Source of the DNA: Hydrolagus affinis
Lineage: Eukaryota
Direction: 5' to 3'
Length of the DNA stretch: 64,000 bases
Assembly (NCBI GenBank): GCA_012026655.1
Contig: JAAILG010001131.1
Span: 1-64,000 of the forward strand
The notes under the pieces are model-generated. The model searched no databases. It was given only the letters and a program-made list of their open reading frames with translations, and was not told where the DNA came from. This document shows, in pieces, positions 23,805 through 37,371 of this stretch. Position 1 is the first letter of the stretch. Every line of letters begins with the position of its first letter. Made by a program: the position numbers and the translations under genes.

Positions 23805-24518
23805 CTGTCATTTAAAAACACAGAATGGATAACTTTAAATCTTCTATAGGGTTATTGGAAACAGTTCTACAAATTGTTGTGTTTTCCATCTCTCTTTTTT
23901 CTTTGTTCAATCATTTAACATCCCATCCAAATTATACCTTCTCTGACAATGCAGCATTCTCCTAGTACTGCAGTGAAACATCAATCTAAAAATATGAGCT
24001 CAAATAGCATTGTGCAGTTTGGAGTCACAACTTTTGGCAGGGAGCGGAGAAAGTGACCACTTGAACCAAAATGAAATATTTGAAGCTCAAATGACTAATC
24101 TTCAGCTAAAGAGAGAGCCTCCAAATACAGCATCCAATAGGATACCTCCGAGTTAGGAAACATAAAATAATAAATTCTACCCAAAGTTTTGAACCTCCAT
24201 CAGCAAAAATCTCTTTTCACAAGAATGGGCTCTAGAAAATAATAGCCAGGCTTTTCTCTCCACTTCTTTTAGACAGTGGTCAGGAGTACTCACGTTTAAA
24301 ATGTCTCCTCCTCTCCAAAGAACATTCCCTTGATTCATTTTTCTTAAAGGACTGTAAACTTACAAGATTTTAGGAAGTAATATAACTGTTACAAACTACA
24401 GTCTCCATGCTTGCATCTATTAAAAATGTCACAACTTGAAACCAGTTGTGTTCTAAACAAGGCATGACACAAAAATTCCCTCTTTGCAGTATTGGCCAGC
24501 CCAAAGCAATGTACACAC

Positions 24519-24670
24519 CACAATCTCCCCAAATCGCTCGAAAATATTTCGAAGGTCTCCATAGGTTGTGGTTTTCTCCAAGTTTCCAATAAATAGTGTC
24601 CTTGTAGCTTTCGGATGAAACTCATCTATTCGGTCATCCAGAGGTCGAAATTCATTTTCACTTTCCGTTT
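24519..24670 (-). CDS. SPEN: SPEN exon 6 (RRM3 start)
   Basis: Acceptor ccttgcag|AA, donor ATTGTG|gtgtgt, 152 nt. ETESENEFRPLDDRIDEFHPKATRTLFIGNLEKTTTYGDLRNIFERFGEIV. Confidence 0.95.
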
Positions 24671-24774
24671 CTGCAAGGGGACCCAAACCAAGAAAATTCA
24701 AGAATATTATGTCACCAGCACCTGATTATTGTTCGCCGTCATCCTTCAATCTGTCCACATCATCTAACAAAGTA

Positions 24775-24974
24775 CAGTAAAAGCCTGTTAATCGTGACCT
24801 GATCAACCGTAACTTCCATTTAACCGGCACCACAAAAAAAGGTCTGCATTTGATTAACCGGAATTTATCCGGGAAAATGCATTATTTTTTGTTTTTGGCG
24901 TTTTCGGCCAAATATCCGGCCTTTAACCGGCATTGGCCAGATCCCGAGGATGCCGGATAAACAATCTTTTACTG
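24775..24974. mobile_element. Tc1/mariner(pogo)-type MITE
   Basis: TA|CAGTAAAAG...CTTTTACTG|TA terminal inverted repeats with TA target duplication, 200 bp. Second copy at 36218. Confidence 0.88.
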
Positions 24975-24979
24975 TATTG

Positions 24980-25120
24980 ATGATTGCATTTGATATAATG
25001 CCTTATCACATCCTTGAAACATCCCAAAACGCTTTACATATTGTGTGGCCGAAATGTGGCAACTAACAGCGTACAGCAGTGTCACACAAACAGTCATGGA
25101 TTGAGTGACCAAATTATTTA
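24980..25120 (-). mobile_element. SINE 3' half abutting the MITE
   Basis: Reverse complement of the SINE body and tail. Confidence 0.75.
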
Positions 25121-25522
25121 ACATTCAGTATATCCAAGTTGCTGCTCAGCCATTACAAACTACTTTTTCTAAATATTATCTTCACAAGTACAAATAGTTG
25201 AACTACAACAACAACTTCATACAGAGCAGTCTCGGATCGCTTAACTGTTCTATTTGACAACCAGACATTACCAAATCTGGCTCAGATGTTAAATCCACTT
25301 TCAGGGGATTTAACATTCACGGCTCAAGTCAATTTAAGCAGCTGAACCTCTAGTTTATTGAGCAAGGTCACTTCAGTTGCTTCTTAACTCAAAAAACATT
25401 TTTAGAAGATTAATCTTTTGAAGCCCAGAAACACCTTGTTTGTGAAGTGATTTGTACTGCATTGCCACATTATTTTTAAACCTTGCAGCAAATCTGCCCA
25501 GCAGAACTCAATAAAAACCTAC

Positions 25523-25723
25523 CTGGGCCTGTCCAGGCAGTCACTTCAATCTGCATGCCAAAGAATAACTTCCCCTTTGATGCATTCATAGCCTTCTCCT
25601 GGTCTTCTTGTTGTCGAAAAAACACTAGTCCATAGCGCTCTTCAGATGCACCATGAATCTGCACAGATGTTACTTTACCATACTTCTTAAATTCATGGAA
25701 AAGGCCATCTTTAAGGCTTGTGT
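25523..25723 (-). CDS. SPEN: SPEN exon 5 (RRM2)
   Basis: Acceptor tatctag|AC, donor CCAG|gtaggt, 201 nt. DTSLKDGLFHEFKKYGKVTSVQIHGASEERYGLVFFRQQEDQEKA...TAWTGP. Confidence 0.96.
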
Positions 25724-27600
25724 CTAGATATGAAATAAGAACTTTCAGTACAATTCAATTTAAATAATTCAAGAGCAATTTTCAAAAACAGTTATTATTC
25801 AAATAGTAATTTCCAATTTCTCTTTTCCAATCTCCTAGTTGCATATAGCTCGATATTCTTTAGATTTGTGGTGGTAGCTTAGATGAGAGCTACCAGTGGG
25901 AGCAGCGTTTTGCAAGGCAGTGAACCAATGTTACTAAATATGTGAAGCCCAATAGGTGAGGGAGCCAGATTGTGTTGTTTCGGAATCTTCCTCATCCTTT
26001 TACAGAATACAATCTTACTTTCTCAACTTGAACACTGCCATTCCACAGCTTTTTTTTCCCGGATTTTTTCTATACTGGCTTAAGCCTCTGGTTCCACAGG
26101 CAATGGCTGCTCTCTGGTAGCTTGTCTAAGTGGCCGTCATTCATGTGCGAGTCTGGGCGTTATCAGGCCACTTGGCAGGGTTTGCTACCAAGCCCCCAGT
26201 GGAAGGTGCTAATGAGGTACCAGGAGCAGGAACCCAGATTGTTGTTCCTCTCCCAACTCTTGAAAGGTCACAACCCATTGTACAGTTAGAAACAAGGGAA
26301 ATCAGAACTTTCCACACCCAAATCTGTTTTGTAATTTATATAAAGTATTATTCAGACCAATGATATAAAAGATCATATCTATGGCATTCCTTGACTAAAT
26401 ACACACCCACATCCTTAAATGTAAGAAGGAAGTAGGTATTTATTTTGCTGATGTCCAAATCACTAGTTTTGATTCCTATGTAGATCTATAACAAGTTGTC
26501 ACACTCAGTGAATTATTGGCCGTGGCCAGTAGATTTGGAATACATTCACTTTTCTCAGAAAAATGTTTCAGGAGCAATGAAGACACAATGTAGGACAAAG
26601 TTAAATAAAAACAAACAAGCAAGCAGTGAATTTTGTGAAGTTAAAATGATATAGTGCTCTCCTAAATAATGACCATCTTAAGGTTAGAATACTGGTTTTT
26701 TTTTCGAATATTCACAAAAGCTTCAGCATTAAGTAATCTCAAATCCTAAGCAATTTTATTCCATACCTGCTTTCAGTTTTGTAAAATCAGCTGTAGTTAG
26801 TCCCACTGAAATGAATGGAGACAGGAAACAGGAAGTAAAAAAGGGCAATTTTTCTGGAGTGTGCTATTCCTAAATTAGTTGTAATTATAGCTTCAAATGG
26901 TGCATTATTGTATTACTTTTGATTGCACTTTCCAGAGAAGTGTCCAGTAAGCTCATAAGCAACATTTTTGTGCATGAATTGGGTTTTATTTTATTAATAA
27001 ATAATCAGATTGAACAAATAAGGTCCTATTCTCTATTTAAAATTGAGTTTGAAAGCATAACTATTATGGACGTGGATTATTTTATTCAGCTTGATCTCCA
27101 TAGAGCTAAATCCACAAATTTCAGTGCACAATAAAAAAAATAGCTTTTGAAGATATATTCAAAATGATTCTTTTCCAATTTTCAGGCCTAGATCTGCAAA
27201 GATCTCGCTGAATAAAAATGAAAAGTTGCCATCATTTAGTTGAAGCTGGGGCCAGAGAAGTCAAAGGTTCATAAACTATAGTCAATTACTCTGCATCACG
27301 CCATGATGCCTTCAATTTAATACTACACGGATCATTTCCATCTCTTAAACATCAAGATAATATTGGATCAAAGTGGTTTGTTTGTAAGTGAATTTCTAGC
27401 ATCCCTAAAATCCAATATTCTAACCTTAAAAAGAAAGTTTTGAAGTTGCCTGCCAGATAATGGTTCCTTCGAGTTGTAGTAATATATTTCAGAAACTGAC
27501 TGCCATAGCAATCTGAATGAATCGTAAAAGTACCTGTTGTAACAATTGTTCCAATCCTTGACAGAACTGAGACCCTTTTTAAACTGCATACTTTACTCAC

Positions 27601-27761
27601 CAGTGGACCGGACCGGCAGATTTTGAACTTTGATGCCATAGCTCTTCCGTGGTTCATCCTTTTCCATTGAGGGTGCGAGCTGGGCTGGTGGTGCGGGTAC
27701 AGCAGCAGATTGTACTGATCGTGCTGGAGAGTCATCACTGGAACTGCTGCTGGAATCACTA
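27601..27761 (-). CDS. SPEN: SPEN exon 4 (start of RRM2)
   Basis: Acceptor tttacag|TAGT, donor CACTG|gtgagt, 161 nt. SDSSSSSSDDSPARSVQSAAVPAP...GIKVQNLPVRST. Confidence 0.95.
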
Positions 27762-28382
27762 CTGTAAACAGGAGAAACTGCTGGTTAGAGATGTGCAGCT
27801 GGGAATTTCTAATACATTTCGGCTTTGAGACTCCCATGCCGAGGTTAATCGATCTCTGGGTGAAAATAGTTTCCCTTAGGTTTCTAAATGTTTCTAGTGT
27901 TAATCCATTTAGAAACTTTCAGCGTGCATAGCCCCCATTTGAATCAGATTAAATGTGTGTTAGAAATGCTAACCTTTTAAGGATGCATACTAAATTGCTG
28001 CAAATGATCTGCTGCTTTAAGCACATTATGTTCTTTATAATTGACTTCCTAAGCAATAAGGAATCCACAAAATTAAACCTTCAAAATAGAATTGATATAG
28101 CTCCTAAAGATATCTTCTGAACTCTATTTAATCAGTTAAAATAATTCAATATCAAATAATTATTTTTCTTTTTTTTCCCCCGAGAGAAAGGAGGAGAGAG
28201 GGAGTTGGAAGGATTTCAAGAGAGTTCCAGAGAGCAGCGCCAAAGAAATTGATGGAAGGATGTTAAGCAACACAGCGTTGGTGGAGTGGATCAGAGGGAG
28301 TAAGCAGAGGTGAAGATCATAGGACATAGCATAGTTAAGGGCAAAGCTGTAGAAACATTGAAAAGTAAGAGAAGGAAAGCTG

Positions 28383-28490
28383 ATAATAATAATCCTTGCA
28401 TTTGATACAGCACCTTATCACCTCTTCAAGACATCTCAAATAGCTTCACACAATTTACTGTAAACTGATTTGACTATATTTTGTGGGCTG
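28383..28490 (-). mobile_element. SINE 3' fragment
   Basis: ataataatccttgcatttgata... reverse tail. Confidence 0.75.
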
Positions 28491-31400
28491 CGACTAGAGA
28501 CTAGAGCTTATCAAAAATAGGGGTGATTGGCTCTCGGGGCCTTCACTGGGATTCCTTCACATTGAATCCTAAACCTTCATGCATCATACCACACAAGTAA
28601 GATCTGGGTTGCTGTGTTTTTCAATTTAAAAAGCACTACAAGGTTTCACCACTAGTCACTATCAGATGAGAACAATCTGCTTTCTAAACGAATGTAAAAT
28701 CAAGTTTGGAGCACCCAGCAGGAAGTGAAGCATTTTATATGTTCCAAACAATGATCAAAGCAGGATTCAAAACAAAATGAACACAGTAAAAAAAATGCCT
28801 GCTGGTGGCCGCCTGTTGAACTCCGCTGATTCAGGAGTTTGGCGAATTCAATCTGGAGTCTGGGATCAAGCTGCCCTTTCCAAAACCTCACACTTCGGAG
28901 TATTTAAGCAGCTGAATCAGGGAATTGATTTAGTTGCTGAATCAGCATTACATAGAATGACAAACGGCTGCTACAGTGCCGTAAAGTCCAAACTGCATTG
29001 AATTCAGACATAAACACATACCTCATCCAAAACACCAAGCTTCTGAAAGAAAAAGCAGCCTTGCTGTTGGCAAACTTGTACATTTAACAGGTTTTATCTG
29101 AACTGAAGCATCATATTGTGGCACTTACTATTCCTAATAAGAACATTGTCTAAAATTAAATTATGATGCTGAGAATGTGAATAAAATTATATTAAGAAAA
29201 CATTAAGTAACAGATAAATAAATCAACATACTCTAGCAACCAATTCTTCACAAACAAAATCCAAAACATCAGATCGTGAAATTCTCGACATGAGGCAAGT
29301 TAACCCAGGTTACACTGGGTACAGAGATTCCCCATCAATTTACTTTCAAATCTCCAACAAATAATATCAGCAGAAATCTAATTTTATTGTGAACATGAGA
29401 TATACAGTACTATTCTACTCCCCCCCCCAACCGATATTCTGATTTTCCTCATTTTTTAAAATGAAGGATTTCAGTTTAAGTGTATATTAAACTGCAAGCA
29501 ACCTCTTTCCCCTTGCCTTAAGACAGGAAGAATTCTTAGCTCTACAAATCCAGTTCATTAGGATTGCTAATTAAAGCCCTTTCTGCTATGAACACAAATT
29601 CTCTTATAAAATCAACTCAGATACATGACCTCGCTCATTGGTTAATGTGGTAGCACCACAAATCCTAAAGCATGTGAACCAAACACACAAGAGTGAGGCT
29701 GCATCTTATTTACTGAATAATCCTAAGGGACATCACATCATTCATGTTCAAAACAGAAAACAACATGGCAAGTTTAACATTACATTTCCCCTCCCTGTGG
29801 CTTGCAATGAACACGATGAAGATTTAGCAAGCACAAATTTTAAATTGCAGCAACTAGTGTAGCTATAAAGGTATTACAGTACTGATACAGCTCAAACAAT
29901 GGTGTGGTGAATCAATCTCAAAGTAGTTAAGTAACTGGATCAATGACTTCACATGAGTAAACTACCATCTGAACTGAAATGCTACCAGTGGAATAGCCTC
30001 AGCAGTTTTACTACATGGCTTTCAAGCTGCGTCCCCAAGACATTGATTTTCGATTTTTGTTGTGATCTTAAATGGATTGGCAGAAGGTCAGGTTGTTGGA
30101 ATTGGAGATCAAAAATGACTGGTTGCAAACCTGTTCAGGTCTGGGGCAAACAGGGATTAACATTGGAACATTATGAAAAAGGAAAGCGCTGGAAACCTGG
30201 GACAATTCAAAGGGTGACTGAAGAGATCAAGAGATGGATGTTAAAAGATCCCATGGCAGTATCAGAAAAGGGATTTTCCCAGCAATAATCTTCCAAATAA
30301 AAGTGGTCACCCACTTCATAGTTGTTTATGGGACTCTGGTGCACAAACTGGCTTGCCACATTCGCTTACAAAAATACCGTAACTACAATTTACAGTAAAA
30401 TCACAAGAGTACTTTGAGAGATTTCAATAATGTGATAAGACGTCAAAAACTAGGGATTGTTATGTTAGCTCAGTACCAAATCATTAGTCAAAAGCACATT
30501 TCTGCTGTTAACACAACTGCATATTGTACTTACTGCTGGAACCTGAAATACCACATTTACATTATAATTTGGATTTCTTTATTGACACATCTGACCAAAA
30601 CTACACTTCAAGGAAAATTTAACGAGGGAAAGCATATGCCAAGGTTTCTTTGAAGGATTTCACACTCTGCAGCCTCCTAATCTGCCCCAATGAAGAAGGA
30701 ACATTGGAGGGCCAAAAGGTATCATCTGGGTAGGTGTCACAAGTACAGTTATACAAAGGCAATGCCAAGTTGTCAAATGGTAGAAATGCAGTAAGACATA
30801 ATGTAAAGTTGGTCAGCCACTACTGAAGAACTCTAGCTGGGAAAGAATCTAATCTCACACCTACTACACAAACTTACATTTATATACAACTTTTCATGTA
30901 AAAATAAACTATTTGAAAAACTTTACAACTGAATAGTAAAATCTGCCTATGGGCTAATGTAAATATTGCAGTAACTGGATGAGCAGGTGAAAAGCATACA
31001 ATAAGAGATACAATAAACCACACAAAAGTTGTAATTAGTTGGGACTACATACGATATGTAGTATATGACTTAGTACTGCAAAGTATGAGTTATGTGAACC
31101 TCAAAGAATAGGAAATTCAATGGGACTTGGGAAGACCTAGAAATTGTGACTATTATAAAGTGTGGCAAAAATCTGGCAAGACAACAACAACAATTTTGAT
31201 TTATATAGCGCCCTCCATGCTAGACGGCATTTGACAATAGTTGCAGACACTTTGGTGTTGAAATGTCTATCTGCATGTTTAGATGTCTTTAATAAACAGA
31301 TTAAAATAAATTAAGGATATGACAGAATTTGTTTTAAAAGCGTTATCATTAGAATTATACATGCCCTGAAAGAGATCTATGAGGATGAGTATCATTTGCT

Positions 31401-34400
31401 GTTGAAAGCCAAATCCCATTGGCAACAGATAAATCAGAAATTAAATGACTGTAATTATGTAGGCAAATACAACAGCTAAATTGCACCAGCAACATCCTAC
31501 ATATAATGAGATAAGTGGCCAATTAATTTGAATATGGGGTAAATTTGGATGAGGAGGGAATACAAGGCAGGACAACTGAGAAAAAAAGTCAACATGAAGT
31601 GGGAGAGAGAGAGAAAGGAGGCAACTGTTCCTTCACTTGAACCATAAGGCAAATGACTCAACCAAAAAAGATGGCAATGAACTTGCATTTAAAATAGAAT
31701 ATTATGAGGGCAAACACAATCCCTGCCAGCAACATTCCACAAGATGAGATCAGCTACTCATTAACTGTAAAATGTCCATGTTTTGACTTTGGCAATTGGG
31801 TGGATTTACGACAGTATCTGTAATACTGACATTTCTGATCTGCTGAACACTGACGTGATTAACCTTTTACAATGCCATGAAGGATTGACCTTGAAAAGTT
31901 TTAATTGAAAACGACAAGCTGATTAGAACCTGACTTGGAGGTTCTCAAACTGCTTTGCCCTCAACCACACTCCATGCTGAGACAGAACAGTTACCAGTCT
32001 CAAATCGGATTTGGTCCCTTCATTCAGGATAGCGCTGCAGGGAACTCCCAAGTCATGGCTATTATTAGCAACAGTTTAATTCAACAATTGTCTGCAGCCA
32101 ATTCCATTTGAAAAGATGTTGACCTTTATTACAATACCCTATGTAGTAGTGTGTAGCAGTGTTTCTTTTAATTAAAAACAAATTACTCTATTTCCATAGC
32201 AATTTGTAAAATGAATATTGATCAGTATAAAACCCGAAAAGCTAAAAATGGTCATTTTATAAAATTTAGCTAAAACTCCTCCCTGTATTTATTTGGGTCT
32301 ATGCCACAACTAACAAAAAAATACAATATATAGAGCCTCTCTTTTCATTATTTCACAAATAATTAGTGTCAAGTGTAGAATTATAAACTACACTATCAAG
32401 GCAGACATTTACTCCACAAATAAGTACAGTACTAAATGAAAAGGCTTCCTCCAAAACATCAGAGGCACATGATATCAGCAATAAACCTGGAGCCTTTCAG
32501 AACAACTTCACTCTCGTGAAAGTCTTACCAGAAAGCTTTTGCTATGTTACGCACAACTGTAGGGACCGAATAAAATTACCTCAGGTCTACAACCTCATAT
32601 CTACTTCATATATCCAAAAGTAAAAGATCCAACAAACTAGTGGGAGGTAAAAACTGAGCTGGACTTTGTACATACTCAGCTTCCATACAGCCTTAATATG
32701 ATATTAAATAACTGGTGATCTCTGAGCCACTAGAAAAGAAGCAGTGGAATGGATCAACATATCTTGCCCTTACGAAAAAAATACAAAATATTTCCAGCGG
32801 TAAATTTATGGATTACATATTTTGCCTACGATGTACACAGCAGAATTTATTTAAGCCGCATCAGAGAAAAAACACATGATGTAACACTCAAAATTACTTT
32901 ATCAAAGCAATTTTCTTTACAAACCATTAACATCCACCCACAGTAATATTCTCAAGGAGCAACTAAATTTGATTCCCAATATGGAGGAAATTTAAACCTA
33001 AAAATAGCTTGACATCTTCAGCACAGTGAAAATATTTTTGACAGTACATAAAATTCTTGTCAGTCAATAAATCTTATGGAAACAAAAATAGATAAAAGAC
33101 TTAGTGTAAGTTGAACATTTCCCATCTATGCATTTAATTACAAATGTTCCTAAAAAATACTATAATACGGTACAACAATTACAGTATCTGGCATCACATT
33201 CCAACTTCAAAGCTAGGTGGCGCAGCTAGATAAGAAAATACAACTCATCTTTTTACCTGAAACCCAGATTTGATCTACTATAAAATACTTGAATAAAATT
33301 GATGTCAAGTGCAAAGAAAAGAAGCAATCACAGGTAAGAATGGATGTAGATCAGGAGATAAGGAAACATGTCAGTTTTTAAAAAACGCCATGAATTACTT
33401 TTGTTCTGAAAATCAGCACTGTATTAGTTCACAAAGCAAATGGCTTCTAGCAATCCCAACTCACCGCTAATCTTTACTGGTAATTGGAATCATATTTTAA
33501 AAATTCAGCATTATTAGCAGGCGTTGTTTCTAGTTGTGAAAATTGTCTGGGATGTTTTTAATTTCCTATGCATTGGATGTATTTTGTAGAGCTAAATAAA
33601 CAGTTCATTCTATTCTGCAATAAGAAAGCAAGCCTAAAAATGTACTGAATTAAATTACACGGTTAATGTATAAAACACAAAATGTGAAAACACATTTTTT
33701 AGACTATTGCCGTCTCAAAAACTGCTAGATTTTGGAAGAAAATAAGGGTGTTTAACATGATACAGAGTAGGGTAACATACATAAATAGAGCTGTGAACAA
33801 TATCTTGGGGAATGCCATACGTTTAAAATTAATTTATAATTAAGTTATTAGGAACTCTCAAGGTGTCGAAAATAAATGGTTTGATTTTCCAGTTTGGGTT
33901 AATGAAGTTTTCAACATCAAATGCTTAAAAAGACAAGCAATTGCCTGACACCATATGGCCTATGAGACTATCCTGAATTCCTATAGGAGATGAATTAAGT
34001 ATCTGCTAATACAGTAATTGACAGGCAGGCAACAAATGCAGTTCAAGGAATCTTATAAACAGCTAATTAACCTAGTTGGAAAATCTAGCACCTCAGCTAT
34101 TACAATTGAGAGGAAAAACTATTAGCATTTTCTACTTTTGTTTACTGTAGTCGGTCAATTTGTTGTTGTTGTCGTAAGCAGCAAACATGATAATTCACAA
34201 TGTTTTCTATTACACATATGCACTCACAATGCCTTTGGAATGTTCAATTGTGTGCGTGAGATATGTAATTTGCAGCTAAGCGACCATCTGGATCTATTGG
34301 ATCCAAAAATGAATACAATACAATCTCCCGAGTTAATCTGTTTATTTTAATGGACATTTTTTGTGCCTCATGGTTTGCATTTTTCCAGTCAATCGTTTCA

Positions 34401-34890
34401 GTAACATTTTCAAGCTTGCTAAAATGTATTAGTAGGTCTTCTTCAATAGGTTTGGAGGTTAGATGCATTTGAACTTTTAAAATAATTTTTATAATTTAGT
34501 TGTTGTTGTTGATTTCTTGCTTAACTAAATACTGTATATGGACACCAAGTTGTAGAAACCTTCCTAAATACAAAATGCCCAAGCGGAGCCTCAAAACAAT
34601 GTCACTTGGGATCAGGCCAAACATTCTGCAGAGCTCAAGACTAATGGCTACTTAGGTCATGGAAAACTTTGTAAATCATGTGTAAATGATACACAGCCAG
34701 TGATTATGTAGCAAACCCACCATTCTAACCACTGAATTATTCATCTCACCAAATTCAATCTAACTACTTATCCTTTTCTGATTTTATGATCACAGTGCCT
34801 AATATAGTCCTACAGTGCTGTTTTAATATTTCTAAAGGTACCACACACAACCGAAAGGCTCATAGTAATCTTATGGCTTTGATGGAACTG

Positions 34891-34990
34891 AATAATAATC
34901 CTTGCATTTAATGTAGTGCCTTATCATGTTTTGAGATATTTCAAAAGAACTTCACAGAATATTCCGTAAAGTGAAGTGATTGTATATTTT
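34891..34990 (-). mobile_element. SINE 3' fragment
   Basis: aataataatccttgcattt...cttcacagaatatt reverse tail. Confidence 0.75.
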
Positions 34991-36046
34991 GTAATATATA
35001 TTGTCTATAAAGAGCTAGGAAGCTATAACAGAAAGTTACTCCTTCCCTCACACAACTTTTCATTGGCTGTCGAAAGTGGCTTTAATATTCAAACAAAGGA
35101 AGGCTTCCATGACAAAAGGCGACAAATTTAAAGGAATTTCAATTTATTTGGAGACAAAGGTATTAATATGCTTTTACTGCATATCATTTGATGTGAATCA
35201 CCAAATATTATATATACAATGTTATACGACAATAAATACATTACATCAATTTATACATCTTTCAACCAAATGTGCGTTTCAAAAGAAACACAAACTCAAA
35301 ACTACCATGTAGGATTGCCCATTTTAGACGGAAGGCTGTTTTCTACATTAAAGCAGACAGTTAGAAATCCCTCATAAAGGCAGACATGTCCCTTTTAATC
35401 GCTTAGCCGTTCCCAGAGAACAGCTGAAAGCTCTCCCCAATGTCTGCTCCACCGGGTGGCAGCAACATCTCCAGGTTAATCGACAGACACTTCATGGTCC
35501 ACTGGCTGAGAATGTACACTCTCCGCCGCCTTCTCTCGGTGCCTCCCCCACCACCAGGTTAGGTTAACCACAGACTTCTGCCAGTCACATGCCTCCTCCC
35601 CTCTACCCTTTCACCCTCCACCCACAAAAGCTCCAACTGAGAAGGAAGTGAAGCTCATATTACCACTATGACATGGCTGACTGCCAAGTCAAACTGGATA
35701 TTTCCAGTTCAAACTAGCTCCAAGAAGCCAAACAAGCAGTTCTTGGTTTTGCTATATTCAGATGCAGACGTTTTAACTCGTACACCACCAGCTCCGATTG
35801 TCAAAAACCTGCTTGAAATTATTTCCTGTTACACAATGTTGCCATTCTTGTCCTCAATGAGGTAGAAGCCCCTTTTGCTCACATAAGCTTCAGTCAACTC
35901 AATCAAAAATAATTACATTCGCTTTCATTTCAACTAAAATGCAGCTCACCACAGGAACACAGAGCTATTGTTCTCTGAATATCAGTGCCTCCCTTTTGTC
36001 CAAGAGTCTCAGAGTCAGCTCAATATTGTTTTCATTCAGAATTTGG

Positions 36047-36215
36047 AGGAGTCCTATAGCTCAGTTTAGAGCACTCGCCTAGGGTTTGATTCCAAGCAGG
36101 GTAAAACCTTGGGCATGTTTCCTTTCTCCATATGTCTGACAATAATCCCTCCAAAAAAAATGGTCATATCAATCCACGACTCTTTGTGAGACACTGCTGT
36201 GCGCAATTCCGCGCT
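36047..36215 (+). mobile_element. SINE 5' part, truncated at the MITE
   Basis: tagctcagtttagagcactcgc head and body up to ctgctgtgcgcaatt. Confidence 0.8.
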
Positions 36216-36217
36216 TA

Positions 36218-36424
36218 CAGTAAAAGCCCGTTTATCCGTGATCCAATCAAAAGTAACTTCTGTATAACCGGCACCTCAAAAAAGGTCCACATTCGATTAA
36301 CTGGAATTTATCTGGAAAAATGCACCTTTTTTTGGAAAAAAAATTTGGTGTGTGTTTTCAGCCAAATATCCGGCACGCGCTTTATCCATCATTGGCCAGG
36401 TCCCGAGGGTGCTGGCTTTTACTG
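36218..36424. mobile_element. Tc1/mariner(pogo)-type MITE, second copy
   Basis: TA|CAGTAAAAGCC...GGCTTTTACTG|TA; internal sequence homologous to 24775-24974. Confidence 0.88.
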
Positions 36425-37371
36425 TATTATAATTTTTTTCTCAATTTAAATTTGGGCACCAGTAATCCAACAAATATAAAACATGCAAAATTTATTTAGA
36501 AACAGAGGTAAATTTTGTGTCACCTGCATGACTCTTATTCACGTTTAGTGTCTAACTAAATTTCAATGCACTTTACCGTACTGTATTTCAAAACTAGATG
36601 AGTTTTTCTTCATGTAGCTAACATTTAATGGCATTTTACCAATCTGGACAGTCAAATTAGACTGGAAACATTTAATCAAAAGAGGCAAAGTTCTTCAGTT
36701 ATTTGGTCACAGTTATGGGGTCAAATTCCAGTGGTGGTTTGACACTTCAACCTACCAGTGAGTAGGCGTTAGGTCCAACCTGCAGTCAGCAAATCAAATG
36801 AGGTCAGGCAGATCTGAGTCATCATCACATTACCATTGTAGTTTATTCTGAATTCAATCAAACGCTTCCTATTGGCAGAACATCACAATATTCATAAAAT
36901 GCCAAACTTAAAAAAAAGTTGTCTTTAAAGGGTTAACTGCCACTTCAATTGCTCCAAAAGGCTTAAAGTGCTTTGGAGTGATCCTCATTAAATGTAGTCT
37001 CTATATTTAATAGGCAGTTTACTTTGGAGACTAGGATTGTAAGAGATCAGACTTAACCAGAAACAATTTGCACCCTGTCTCCCTGCCTTAAAAATCCCTA
37101 TGAAACCTCTGTACAACTGTGGTCAACATCCTCAAACTCCAATTTCTTCTAACCCTGCGCAGTGATCCACATTATCTTTCTAAAATCCTTTGAGACATAT
37201 GAACATATGAACATGCATACAAGTGAACATTAGACAGGAAACATATCTGAACTTGAATGGGAATGGTCAGAGAGATTCAGGAATGTTTACATCTATTTCC
37301 ATAATCATAATTAATATTTTTTAAAAACCAGTGTAATCAATAAACCTCCACATTGCCATTGAAAATACAAA

